IMG/VR virus record: IMGVR_UViG_3300027690_000146
Span: 1 to 36,520 of that record
Source: a virus
Taxonomy: Duplodnaviria; Caudoviricetes
Strand: one strand, 5' to 3'
Length of the DNA stretch: 36,520 nucleotides
Shown here: positions 9,328 through 18,033 of the stretch, one piece after another
Position numbering within the stretch: position 1 is the stretch's first letter
Layout: each line of letters starts with the position of its first letter
Notes under the pieces: model-generated
What the model saw: the letters and a program-made list of their open reading frames with translations, nothing else
The model's database searches: none
Told to the model about the DNA's origin: nothing
Translations under genes and position numbers: made by a program

Positions 9328-9362
9328 TTGCTCCTCCTTAAATTAGGTAAGGGTGCCGCCAA

Positions 9363-9791
9363 TTAGGCGTCAATAACCGGCTCCACTCCATCCCACAGGA
9401 TTTTCTTGGCGCTGAAGTCGATTTTTACCGGGATTTTGGCGTCACCCTGGGAGCCGCTCAGGTCCTGATCCGTGATGACAGCCTCCACAATCGTATCCGA
9501 GAATGAGTCCCCGCCGTCATTGGCACCGTGGATGGAGATGGAGAAATCCGCCTTACCCAGGTAGTCACTCCCCAGAGCGCCCACCAGGGCGTCAAAATCC
9601 GGGCGGAGCAATTCCAGGCTCCCGCTGGCCTCATAATTGCCCCGGCCCCGGCCGCGGATGATGCGGCCCTTGCCGTAGACATTCTCCACTTTGGCGCTGT
9701 CCTTGTAGCTGATGGACTGGGCACCAATGGCCAGGCCGCCGGGAGTCATGATTTCAATGCTCTCCCAGTCATAATTTTTTCCGTTAATCAT
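9363..9791 (-). CDS. tail tube protein
   Basis: 'MINGKNYDWESIEI...ISYKD...VYGKG...GRGRGNYEASGSLEL', follows sheath. Confidence 0.88.
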   Translation of the reverse strand: MINGKNYDWESIEIMTPGGLAIGAQSISYKDSAKVENVYGKGRIIRGRGRGNYEASGSLELLRPDFDALVGALGSDYLGKADFSISIHGANDGGDSFSDTIVEAVITDQDLSGSQGDAKIPVKIDFSAKKILWDGVEPVIDA

Positions 9792-9832
9792 GGTTTCACT
9801 CCTCTAAAAGTAGGCGTTTAAACGGCCCCTAA

Positions 9833-11296
9833 TCAGGCGTTGCGGCGGGCGAATTCATCCGGGGAGACCAGGTCCGCCACCAGCTCAATGATCTTCATTT
9901 TGGGGTTGGTTGTGAAGTCCAGGCGGACACGGACGGTATTGTCCGCATAGACCTCATCCGGGGTGCTTAGGACGTGGGCCTTGAAATACATCAGCTCCTC
10001 CGCCACCAGCATGGGCGCCACCGCCCGCTCCAGCTCAGCCTGGAGATAGTCCAGGCCGCCCCGGCCAGCAAACGCATACTTGCCGCCGCTGGCCGCGTCC
10101 AGGTGGAGGCAATTGAGCGCCGCCGCCCGGCACAGGCGGAGGAGCTTGCCGGCCACCCGGATTTTCTCCACGTCATCGAACGGGTCTCCCGGAGCAGACA
10201 TCAGGCTGGCGTTGTTAATATAGAAGCCCGGCCGGCCCACGTATCTCCGGGGCGCACAGAAGCCCGCATTGACAGCCAGAACGGCATCCGCCTCCGTCAC
10301 ATTGGCAGGGCTGAGGGAGATGGCATTGACTAGCTTGCCGTGCTCATTCCGCAGGACGCCCACGGAATCACTGACCTTGCCCTTGTTCAGGATGCCGGCC
10401 ATGGAGCCGGCCACGCTCCGTGCCCGGTTGACGCCATCCACGGAAACGGACAGGGTGTCCAGCAGGCAGATGGCCATGTAGCGGCTGGAAAAATCCTGCA
10501 TCTCCGCGATATAGTTGGCCAGCTCATCATCCTTCATCTCATAGGGCACCGGGAAGTTGTCCAGGATGCCGAAGATGGGATTGTGATTGCTCCATTCCGC
10601 CGTGATTTTGGCATTGATGGCGGTGGCCATGGCCGCATCCGGCCACTCCACAATCACGAAGAATTCAAACAGGGCGCGATAGTCCGCCAGCACCGCATCA
10701 ATGGCCGCGGTGATTTCCCCGGCGCTCATGGTACGTGGGAAGGTTTGCACCTGGTAGAGCTGGCCGGGCGAAAACGAATTGATGGAATCATCGAACACAA
10801 TGTAGAGGTCGCCACATTCCTCGATCTGGAGGACCTTGCTGCCCACCACGCCACCCGGTGTTTCAGTTTTCCAGGTCTTTTTCCCGTCCAGGGAATATTT
10901 GAGGGTCACCGGGTCCAGGCCGCCGGTGACACACTGAATGTCAATGATATAGATGTCATCGACATAGGTGGGGTCACTATTCTCCAGGTCGATGGTGGGG
11001 GCACCTATTGTCTGAGTATTGATGACCATGGAACCATCCACATCTCCCGGGTGGGCGTACACCAGTGCTCTGGCCCGCTGGCCGGCACAGGCAAAAAAGT
11101 CCTGGAGGTGGCGGGCCAGGCGGCCGGAGCCGATGAGGTTGGTGATGTCGGAATAGCGGTCCATGGTTTTGACCACCGGCGGGTCACTGGCCCCGCTGGA
11201 GACACCAATGAAACAAGGGGTGCCATAGAGGGAAGACAATGCCGGAATGGAATCCCCGGTCAGCGCTTCCGTGACACCGCTGAAAACTCTGGTCAT
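9833..11296 (-). CDS. tail sheath protein (DUF2586-like)
   Basis: 487 aa before tube; C-terminal 'RRYVGRPGFYIN..LM..PGDPF..VE.IRV..K..R' sheath motif. Confidence 0.8.
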   Translation of the reverse strand: MTRVFSGVTEALTGDSIPALSSLYGTPCFIGVSSGASDPPVVKTMDRYSDITNLIGSGRLARHLQDFFACAGQRARALVYAHPGDVDGSMVINTQTIGAPTIDLENSDPTYVDDIYIIDIQCVTGGLDPVTLKYSLDGKKTWKTETPGGVVGSKVLQIEECGDLYIVFDDSINSFSPGQLYQVQTFPRTMSAGEITAAIDAVLADYRALFEFFVIVEWPDAAMATAINAKITAEWSNHNPIFGILDNFPVPYEMKDDELANYIAEMQDFSSRYMAICLLDTLSVSVDGVNRARSVAGSMAGILNKGKVSDSVGVLRNEHGKLVNAISLSPANVTEADAVLAVNAGFCAPRRYVGRPGFYINNASLMSAPGDPFDDVEKIRVAGKLLRLCRAAALNCLHLDAASGGKYAFAGRGGLDYLQAELERAVAPMLVAEELMYFKAHVLSTPDEVYADNTVRVRLDFTTNPKMKIIELVADLVSPDEFARRNA

Positions 11297-11336
11297 GATT
11301 ATTTCCTCCGTTTGGAATTGTTGCTCAGATCAGAAA

Positions 11337-11636
11337 TCACTTGCCGGGCTTCCGCCGCCGGGCCGGATTGCCGGCAAAGTCATCCACCATCAGGCGGAAA
11401 TCCTTCTCCGTCATCTCCTGGCCCGGCAGGATGCCGCCGGCCCGCACCAGGGCGCCGGCCACCAGGGCCGGGTCCGTTTTGAGCCGGGCCGCCCAGGCGC
11501 TGACAGTCCGCTTTTCCGGGGCCGGCTTGGCTTTCGCCTTCGGCTCCGGCTCCGGCGCGGGCGCCGGGGTGGCATCAGGCTCCACCACCGGGGCGGCCGC
11601 CGTCACCGTATTTTCATCCTTCTTTTTCTTCGTCAT
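11337..11636 (-). CDS. hypothetical protein (Pro/Lys-rich, Mu gp38-like position)
   Basis: 99 aa ORF with SD between tail terminator and sheath. Confidence 0.55.
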   Translation of the reverse strand: MTKKKKDENTVTAAAPVVEPDATPAPAPEPEPKAKAKPAPEKRTVSAWAARLKTDPALVAGALVRAGGILPGQEMTEKDFRLMVDDFAGNPARRRKPGK

Positions 11637-11640
11637 TAGA

Positions 11641-12183
11641 TCATCCCTCCTCAGGGTTTAATTCGTCCACACTCAGCGGGACATCCACATAAAAGGGAGC
11701 GGGCTGGGCCTGGATGTAAGGCCGCTCGAACAGGACAAATATCTGGCCGGTGACCAGGCCGGGGAGGAGGGCCTCCACGTCATCCCATTCCCCTTTGAGG
11801 ACGGTGACATCCACCAGGACCTCCCGCCCCAGCACCGGGTCCGTCACCACCAGGCGCCGCTCCATGGTCTCCACCAGGCGCTCCATCACCTGATCCACCC
11901 AATCCTCCGTGGCCCCATGGATGGAGACCTCCAGCACCAGGCGCCGCGTGTATCGGTTTTGATAGAGCCTCAGCTCCTCCACCGCCGGCTCCGTCTGATG
12001 CCCCAGGACCTCCAGGGCCGCCCGCCCGGTCAGCGGCTCATAAACATCCGTATTGACCAGGATGACGGCCGATTCCGGCACCTCATAGCGGCTCCCCTTT
12101 TTGAGCTGGAGGCGGATTTTTTTCTCCTCCAGCCCCAGGGTCACCAACTTGGTCCTGAGGAATCCTTTGCATGCGGAAATCAT
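11641..12183 (-). CDS. putative tail terminator / neck protein
   Basis: 180 aa, ATGA coupling to previous gene, synteny before sheath. Confidence 0.55.
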   Translation of the reverse strand: MISACKGFLRTKLVTLGLEEKKIRLQLKKGSRYEVPESAVILVNTDVYEPLTGRAALEVLGHQTEPAVEELRLYQNRYTRRLVLEVSIHGATEDWVDQVMERLVETMERRLVVTDPVLGREVLVDVTVLKGEWDDVEALLPGLVTGQIFVLFERPYIQAQPAPFYVDVPLSVDELNPEEG

Positions 12184-12800
12184 AACCTCACCTTGCGCTT
12201 GTAGTATGTGCGGAGGTCATCCTGGATGTTGTGGCGGTCCAGGGTGGAAATCCCCAGGAATGACCGCGCCGGCATCTCCACTTTTTTGGCCAGGCGATAA
12301 TGAAAAATGCTTTGGGCGCCCTTGCCGGATGGCCCCCGGCCGGCCTGGTTTTCCACCAGCCAGCCGAATTTAGAGCCTTTGGGCCAGATCAGCTCCAGCT
12401 CCCGCCCGAATTTCCGCGGCCCCAGGGCCTTCCGGGCCTCCCGGCTGATGGGAATGGCCAGGGCCTTAGCCTTATCAGGCTTGATGGTGCCGCCAAACTG
12501 GTGGATAGCGGCCTTGATTTTATTGGTGCCCACCGCAGCAAAGCTCTCCCCGAATTCCCCCGTTATTGAGCCGGCCAGGTCACCGGAGTCCCGGAGGGTC
12601 CGGCCGCCCCCCTCCAGCGCCCGCCGGGATGGCGGCCATTTGGTATTATCCGGGCCGTAACCGGAGCGGAAGCGCTGGCGGGTGGAGCTAAGGATGGTGC
12701 CCATTACCACCCGGTGAATGTCCCGGCCGGAGATGGTGGCCAGGCCATCCAGCACCTCCCTTAATTTACTCCAGTCTCCCGTCAATTGCACTCCGGCCAT
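12180..12800 (-). CDS. virion morphogenesis protein (Mu gpG / tail completion S family)
   Basis: 'RF..G.GPD..KWPPS..A...GRTLRDSGDL..SI', 'VGTNKIKAAIHQFGG', 'MPARSFLGIS'; start placed at ATG 12800. Confidence 0.9.
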   Translation of the reverse strand: MAGVQLTGDWSKLREVLDGLATISGRDIHRVVMGTILSSTRQRFRSGYGPDNTKWPPSRRALEGGGRTLRDSGDLAGSITGEFGESFAAVGTNKIKAAIHQFGGTIKPDKAKALAIPISREARKALGPRKFGRELELIWPKGSKFGWLVENQAGRGPSGKGAQSIFHYRLAKKVEMPARSFLGISTLDRHNIQDDLRTYYKRKVRL

Positions 12801-12813
12801 GGCCACTCCGTCC

Positions 12814-13242
12814 TCAGAATTTGTCCAGCTCATCCTCTGAAAAAATCTTGGTGCGGGTCCTGGTCAGCACCTGGCGCGGAGCCGGGTGTGGCTCCGCGCC
12901 GGTCCCGATTTGCAGGACGCCACCGGAGATGTCCCGGAGCATCCGCACCGCGTTTTTATATTTTTCCGTCACTGCTTTGTCCGCGGAGTCCTCCCGGAAT
13001 CCGCGGCGGGAAAACAACTTGTAAATTGCAATGTCGATGCTCAGGGTACGGATGATGGCTGGCACCGGATCAAAGGGGAGGTCATAGCGCTTCTGACAAT
13101 AGCCCTCAATCTCCGCGTCCGCGGCCTCAATGGCCGCCGCCACCCGGCCCTCATCCACCGTTCCGGTGCCCTGGTCATCCGTCACATAGATCAGGACGGC
13201 CTCATCCAGGGCGTCCCTGATGTCATCAACATGGCAATACAT
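12814..13242 (-). CDS. head-tail adaptor, Mu gp36 / DUF1320 family
   Basis: 'MYC..DDI...A.AEIEGY...RYDLP...P.II..L..DIAIYKL.RR...Y.NA...L..I..G'. Confidence 0.92.
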   Translation of the reverse strand: MYCHVDDIRDALDEAVLIYVTDDQGTGTVDEGRVAAAIEAADAEIEGYCQKRYDLPFDPVPAIIRTLSIDIAIYKLFSRRGFREDSADKAVTEKYKNAVRMLRDISGGVLQIGTGAEPHPAPRQVLTRTRTKIFSEDELDKF

Positions 13243-13251
13243 GGGGCCTCC

Positions 13252-14169
13252 TTATTGGGTCAGGACGGTGGCACAGACGGCGCCGCAATCGGCACAGACC
13301 AGCTTTTCATCCGTGGAGCTTTCCACCTGGATTTCCACGCCGCCACCCAGGCCGCGCTTGGGTTCCTCCCAGGAGCGCACACTCCAGACCTTCCCGCCGG
13401 CCGCGGCAAACTTCCACGCGAACGTCTTGCCAAAGGTCACATCCCGGAGGGCGTTGCGGGGATTGACGTAGGCCAGCACCACGTTATTGCCCCAGACGGA
13501 GGCGTAAACGGGGGTTTTACCCCTTTTGGCGGTGTTCATTTTGGACTTGGCAATGACCACCTTTTCCACCTCAAACAGCTCCTGGAGGTGTTCTGTGGTG
13601 ACCTTGCCAATGCCCACATACTTGATGGCCTCCACAATGTTGGAGTCCCACTTCATGACGTTGAAAACACCCTCAGGGATGACCATCACATTGGGCTGGA
13701 CGAAGCACAGCGCCTTGGTGGTCTCCACGTCCTGGATGATGGTGGCGCCCTCCGCATCCCATTTGGTGGTGGGCGTGTGGGAATTGGCCAGGGCCGCGCA
13801 TTTGTCGGCAATGCGCTTCTCCCGGCCCAGGGAAATCAGGTCCTGGAGAAACTCCACCGTGTCCATCTCCGGCCGGATGGGGGCGTCCGCGTTGGCCTTG
13901 TCCTCATTGGGCACAAAATCCTTGAGGGCATGGTTGGCGCAGGCATAGGAATCGGAGCTGACGCCCCAGTCCACTTCATTGGCCTCCGCTTTCGGCCCCA
14001 GCAGGGTGTCCGGGATAGTGAAGCGGTCCGGCTTGCTGTAGACCGGGAAGTCATCCGATTTGTTGTTGACCGGATAAACCGGAAAAAGTACGTCCCCCAC
14101 CAGGCCGGCCGGCCGGTATTGGATGGCCAGGTCCGTCAGGTAACGATTGACATGCAACTCTTTGGTCAT
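13252..14169 (-). CDS. major capsid protein
   Basis: 305 aa after protease and cement gene; 'LTDLAIQY...VGDVLFP..PV', 'PNVMVI', 'VTFGKTF'. Confidence 0.88.
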   Translation of the reverse strand: MTKELHVNRYLTDLAIQYRPAGLVGDVLFPVYPVNNKSDDFPVYSKPDRFTIPDTLLGPKAEANEVDWGVSSDSYACANHALKDFVPNEDKANADAPIRPEMDTVEFLQDLISLGREKRIADKCAALANSHTPTTKWDAEGATIIQDVETTKALCFVQPNVMVIPEGVFNVMKWDSNIVEAIKYVGIGKVTTEHLQELFEVEKVVIAKSKMNTAKRGKTPVYASVWGNNVVLAYVNPRNALRDVTFGKTFAWKFAAAGGKVWSVRSWEEPKRGLGGGVEIQVESSTDEKLVCADCGAVCATVLTQ

Positions 14170-14205
14170 GATTTATTTTCCTCCGTTAGAATTTCCTGGC
14201 CGTGA

Positions 14206-14946
14206 CTAGGTGGCGGCCACGTATACCGGCTGGATCATGATTTCCAGCTCATCTCCGTCCGCCGCCGCCGCGGTGATGGCCCCGCCCTCCGAGGTATAAG
14301 GCGGGGTTTCCCCGGAGGCCGCGGTCACTTTGCCGGTTGTCTTGACCACGATCCGCGCTCCGGCCGTGATTTCCCCGTCCGCGATGGCGGGGATGCGGCC
14401 GGCCACCCGGCAGATTACTTCCGCCCCGTCATCTGCATCCACCAGAGGCCAGACATAGGGGCCGCCATTGACGGAGCCGGACACCTGGGCCACCACGCCC
14501 GCACCGGTGACCTGGGCCGCCAATTTGGCCGTGATGGCCCCGGAGGCGGTGAAAACCAGGTCAATGTTGGTCTCCAGGTTGGCCGGGTGAAAGGTCTCGT
14601 CCAGTTCCACCGGGATGATTTCTCCGGCGGACAGGGCCGGGACGAGGGCCTTGCCCAGGCTGAAATAATCCTGGCTCCGGGAGGTGGGCAATTGCTTGCC
14701 CGTTCCGTCACCGGCGGAGACCACCCTGGCGCCGTAGGCGATGGCCCCGGCGGACACAATCTCCGCAATGCCCTTGAGGCGGGCGGTGACGGCCTGGCCA
14801 GTGGAGGCGTCCGAGATGGCCACCACACAGGGCGCACCCTCCGTGTCACTCACTTTCAGGGTGCCCGCGGTGGCGCCAGGCTGACAGATGTTCCGCTCCG
14901 CAATGGTGCCGGAGGCGGTGAATGTTTTGTCCAATAGGGAATTCAT
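14206..14946 (-). CDS. capsid cement/decoration protein, two tandem DUF2190-like domains
   Basis: Two copies of 'FTASG.I...G.I..GAR.V...G...G.A..A...G....V/I'. Confidence 0.75.
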   Translation of the reverse strand: MNSLLDKTFTASGTIAERNICQPGATAGTLKVSDTEGAPCVVAISDASTGQAVTARLKGIAEIVSAGAIAYGARVVSAGDGTGKQLPTSRSQDYFSLGKALVPALSAGEIIPVELDETFHPANLETNIDLVFTASGAITAKLAAQVTGAGVVAQVSGSVNGGPYVWPLVDADDGAEVICRVAGRIPAIADGEITAGARIVVKTTGKVTAASGETPPYTSEGGAITAAAADGDELEIMIQPVYVAAT

Positions 14947-14981
14947 GGTTTATTCCTCCATCATGGGTTTGGTTCTTCAGG

Positions 14982-15512
14982 TTATTCCTGGAGCTGGCCA
15001 TCCGCGGAGAGCTGGATCAGTGCCTCCCGATAGGTGATGTTCTTGGCTTTGGCGAATTCACGGACCTTCTCGGGGTCCAGGTCGCCAGCCGGTTTGGCCT
15101 TCTCCTTGGTGGCGATTTCCGAGAATTCCACCGCCGCCGGGAGCTTCTCCAGGAATTTCATCAGCCAGGCCAGCGCATTGGCCTTGCCGCCCTCGCCCTG
15201 GGAGAATTCCACCTCCTCCTGGTCATCCAGGCGGGCACAGAATTCCGCCAGCCCCAGTTCCATCATGCCGGGCGTCACCTTGTGGGCGTCCTGGAGCTTT
15301 TCCAGGCGGGCCGTGATGTCCTTTCGCCGGATGGCGTCCCGGAGCTTCAGGTTTTCCGATTCAATCCGCTCCCGCGCCTGTCTTTCCGCGGCAAAAGCGG
15401 CCTCCGTTTTCTGGCCCAGCTCCTCCCGGAGCTTTTTTTCCCGCTCCGAATAGCTGGCCTCCATCTCCGCCCGCTGCTTGTCCAGCAGGTCCTGCAATTC
15501 TTTTGCATCCAT
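14982..15512 (-). CDS. putative nested scaffold protein (Mu gpZ-like) from internal in-frame start
   Basis: Internal GGAGGTAAAGAG-ATG (MDAKELQ...) at the protease/coiled-coil boundary. Confidence 0.6.
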   Translation of the reverse strand: MDAKELQDLLDKQRAEMEASYSEREKKLREELGQKTEAAFAAERQARERIESENLKLRDAIRRKDITARLEKLQDAHKVTPGMMELGLAEFCARLDDQEEVEFSQGEGGKANALAWLMKFLEKLPAAVEFSEIATKEKAKPAGDLDPEKVREFAKAKNITYREALIQLSADGQLQE

Positions 15513-15950
15513 CTCTTTACCTCCGTCTGAAATGTTGGTAAATTCAATAATTACTTCCCCGGCATCCGTAGACAGGGCCACGTCTGCCAGGCCCTTCACC
15601 TGGGGCGGCATGGCTCCCAGCCAGCCCACACTCTCCAGGTACAACCGGCCCGGAATGATGTGCGGGCTGAGCCGGACACTCCGCTTTTTGAAGCGGCCCT
15701 CCCGGAGCCATTGCTGGAATTGAGGCGCCACCTGACGGAATTTGGCCAGGAGGAGCTGGCCCTCCCGCTTCAGCGCCTCCACCCAGCCCCAGGCCGGCTC
15801 CGTGGGCTTGGGGTGGCCGATGGTGGCCGGCGCTTCATGGAGCTGGGGATTGTATGTCTCCACGATTTCATCAATATCCTGCTCTGTGAAATCACCTTGT
15901 GGGTAGCTCCCAGACCTGAAAACTTCGATCCACTGGCCCTCAATTGTCAT
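14982..15950 (-). CDS. prohead protease/scaffold (Mu gpI-like)
   Basis: 'WIEVFRSG', 'HEAPATIGHP...PAWGWV..L', 'G.FKKRS', 'VGWLGAMPPQVKGL'; coiled-coil C-terminus. Confidence 0.9.
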   Translation of the reverse strand: MTIEGQWIEVFRSGSYPQGDFTEQDIDEIVETYNPQLHEAPATIGHPKPTEPAWGWVEALKREGQLLLAKFRQVAPQFQQWLREGRFKKRSVRLSPHIIPGRLYLESVGWLGAMPPQVKGLADVALSTDAGEVIIEFTNISDGGKEMDAKELQDLLDKQRAEMEASYSEREKKLREELGQKTEAAFAAERQARERIESENLKLRDAIRRKDITARLEKLQDAHKVTPGMMELGLAEFCARLDDQEEVEFSQGEGGKANALAWLMKFLEKLPAAVEFSEIATKEKAKPAGDLDPEKVREFAKAKNITYREALIQLSADGQLQE

Positions 15951-16135
15951 GTTCAAATCCCTCCGCCTAAAAATCCTCTTTCATTTCCGGCATTGCCCCG
16001 GCGCCAGACTACCGTTTAAACCCGTTTAAATTGACCCAGGATGGAAAATCTCCCCCCGGCCGCTCCATAGGCATGGGCCAGCCCGGAATAATTGCTTAGA
16101 ATCAAAATATTAATAATTGCGGAATAAATTGATTC

Positions 16136-16164
16136 TTTACAAAACCGAAAAAGAGAAGTAGAAT
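16136..16164 (+). promoter_or_regulatory. sigma70-type promoter for the convergent small gene
   Basis: TTTACA-17 bp-TAGAAT with AT-rich upstream region. Confidence 0.65.
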
Positions 16165-16192
16165 CAGGGTGAATATTTGCTGGGAGGCATCC

Positions 16193-16429
16193 TTGGAGAC
16201 CATCTGGGAACATGGTGTGACGCCGGAGGAGCTGGCCATCCTGTTTAATCAGGTTGTCACGCAGCAGGACCACCAGCTCATCACCCAGGGTGACCCGGAT
16301 TCTGAGAATGCCGCGCTGTATCGCCTTTATTCCATCCGCGGGGATGTGGCAAAGGCCCAGCATTACCTGGAGCAAATCCAGGATAAAGCCTTCCGCTTTG
16401 ATGTTTCCTATTCTGATCTTCTGGACTAG
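16193..16429 (+). CDS. small helical protein, candidate immunity protein of MuF C-terminal domain
   Basis: TTG start with SD GGGAGG (16182-16187); stop 2 nt from the MuF stop; own promoter. Confidence 0.6.
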   Translation: METIWEHGVTPEELAILFNQVVTQQDHQLITQGDPDSENAALYRLYSIRGDVAKAQHYLEQIQDKAFRFDVSYSDLLD

Positions 16430-16431
16430 CA

Positions 16432-18033
16432 TCATTCCGCCTTGTCCGCCTTCTGAACAGTCCTGATTTTCTCCAGGGTTGATTTGAACTTTTCAGGGCT
16501 GGTATTAAAAACGCCATCTATAGCCTGGCCCACTTGCTCAAAATCCCAGGCCACCCCTCCCTCCTTGACCACCTGCTTTTTATGCAGCAGCTCCCAGAGC
16601 TTTCCCGGCATCCCCGCTGCTCCGTCTGTATTGAGGGCAATGTCACTGATGTCCGGCAGAATAACCTTCTCCTCAATGCCCAGCTCTCCCAGAAGGTGGC
16701 GGAAATTTTTCAAATAATGTCCATATCCATATCCATCGCTGATGACCGTGGCCTGGTGGGCCGCTTTGCCGCCCAGGTCTGTCATGAAATTGTGGTACGT
16801 ATGGCGGGCCGTAAACTGGTTTAAACACTCCATGACAGCGCCGTCTGTGGAGTAATGCGAATACCACCCATAAGGCTTGGCTTTATTGTGGAGGATTTCA
16901 TGCCACAGGGCTTCCATTGTGTATTCCTCATTAAAGGTTAGCTCCGTCCCCCTTTTGATCTTCTTCAGGGCGCTCACCAGGTCCGCGCTGGGTCTGAACC
17001 CGCCCAGGTCCTCAAATCTCCGGTTTGAAACCATGATCCGCCCACGCTCTGAAAATGTGCTCATAAATGAGCGGGCGCTCTCCAGCTCAATTCGCTGAAA
17101 GCCCACGCCGGGCTTGAAATTCTCCGGGCGCAACTTGCCGTAAGCCTCCATCAGTGGCTGGAGGTCACCAAACTTTTTGACCGGAAATTCATGGACCAGG
17201 CCCTTTGGCTTCTCCGCCGCCGGCGCTTTGGCCTTCCGGGCGGAGGCCCTGGCCGGCTTGGCCGCTGGTGCCTTGGGCCGTGGCGCCTTCTCCCCCTCGT
17301 AATATTTGCGGAGGATGGGGCCATATTTCTCCATATTCGGTCCCCAGGCCGCCCGGCCGGGATTGTATTCAAAGCCAGGGTCCGCCACGTCATAGAACTT
17401 CTGACGGCCGGTGGCCGGGTTCACCGATTGGGTGACCCGCTTGCCCATCTGGCCGGCCTCCTCCTTGCTCAGGGCAATCACCATGCACCGGCACCGGAAG
17501 CCATTGGGCGGGTAATTCTCCGCCCAGAATGGATCATCCGCCGGGAATACCATTCCGTCCATGGCGGCATGGCTCTCCCGCGTCCGCTCATCATTCACCG
17601 CGTCATACATCCAGAGTGGGCGGACCTCCACGTTTTCCATTTGCTGGGCATAGCGGCCGGCGGAATACGCCATCTGGAGATTGGTGTGGAAGATGGTCTC
17701 CAGGCGCCAGGGCGTCCCCTCATAGATTTTCTCCACCTGGCCGCCCGGCCCGGCCACGAATTTTCTCCCCCACCAACCTTTCCGCTTCAGGAGCGGCTCC
17801 AGCTCCTCCCGGAATTGCTGGACGGTTTTGCCCTCCGTCAGGGCGCGGTCCACGGCGCCGCGGATGTCCTGAAGGATGTCCATTTTGAGCACCCGTGCCA
17901 CGGTGAAAGCCTGGGCATGCTGCTCCCGCCATACGTCCGTCCAGGCCCAGGAGATGGCATAGCCCTTCTCCTTGAAATGGGCAATGGCGGCCGCCGGGGC
18001 CAGGGGTTTGAGCTGGATGTTAGGCTCCGCCAC
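16432..18033 (-). CDS. head morphogenesis protein MuF (gp30) with C-terminal HEXXH extension
   Basis: 'HAQAFTVA', 'RLETIFHTN...AYSAG', 'AVNDERTRESH', 'YPPNGFRCRC', 'DPGFEYNPG'; then Lys/Ala/Pro linker and ~250 aa domain with HEILH; GTG start with GGAGG. Confidence 0.9.
   Translation of the reverse strand: MAEPNIQLKPLAPAAAIAHFKEKGYAISWAWTDVWREQHAQAFTVARVLKMDILQDIRGAVDRALTEGKTVQQFREELEPLLKRKGWWGRKFVAGPGGQVEKIYEGTPWRLETIFHTNLQMAYSAGRYAQQMENVEVRPLWMYDAVNDERTRESHAAMDGMVFPADDPFWAENYPPNGFRCRCMVIALSKEEAGQMGKRVTQSVNPATGRQKFYDVADPGFEYNPGRAAWGPNMEKYGPILRKYYEGEKAPRPKAPAAKPARASARKAKAPAAEKPKGLVHEFPVKKFGDLQPLMEAYGKLRPENFKPGVGFQRIELESARSFMSTFSERGRIMVSNRRFEDLGGFRPSADLVSALKKIKRGTELTFNEEYTMEALWHEILHNKAKPYGWYSHYSTDGAVMECLNQFTARHTYHNFMTDLGGKAAHQATVISDGYGYGHYLKNFRHLLGELGIEEKVILPDISDIALNTDGAAGMPGKLWELLHKKQVVKEGGVAWDFEQVGQAIDGVFNTSPEKFKSTLEKIRTVQKADKAE

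Noticed and set aside
16016-16435. - strand 139 aa ORF overlapping the MuF stop as a co-directional immunity gene
   Set aside because: The + strand ORF has a clear promoter, SD and more protein-like sequence; this ORF runs through the AT-rich promoter region. Not fully excluded
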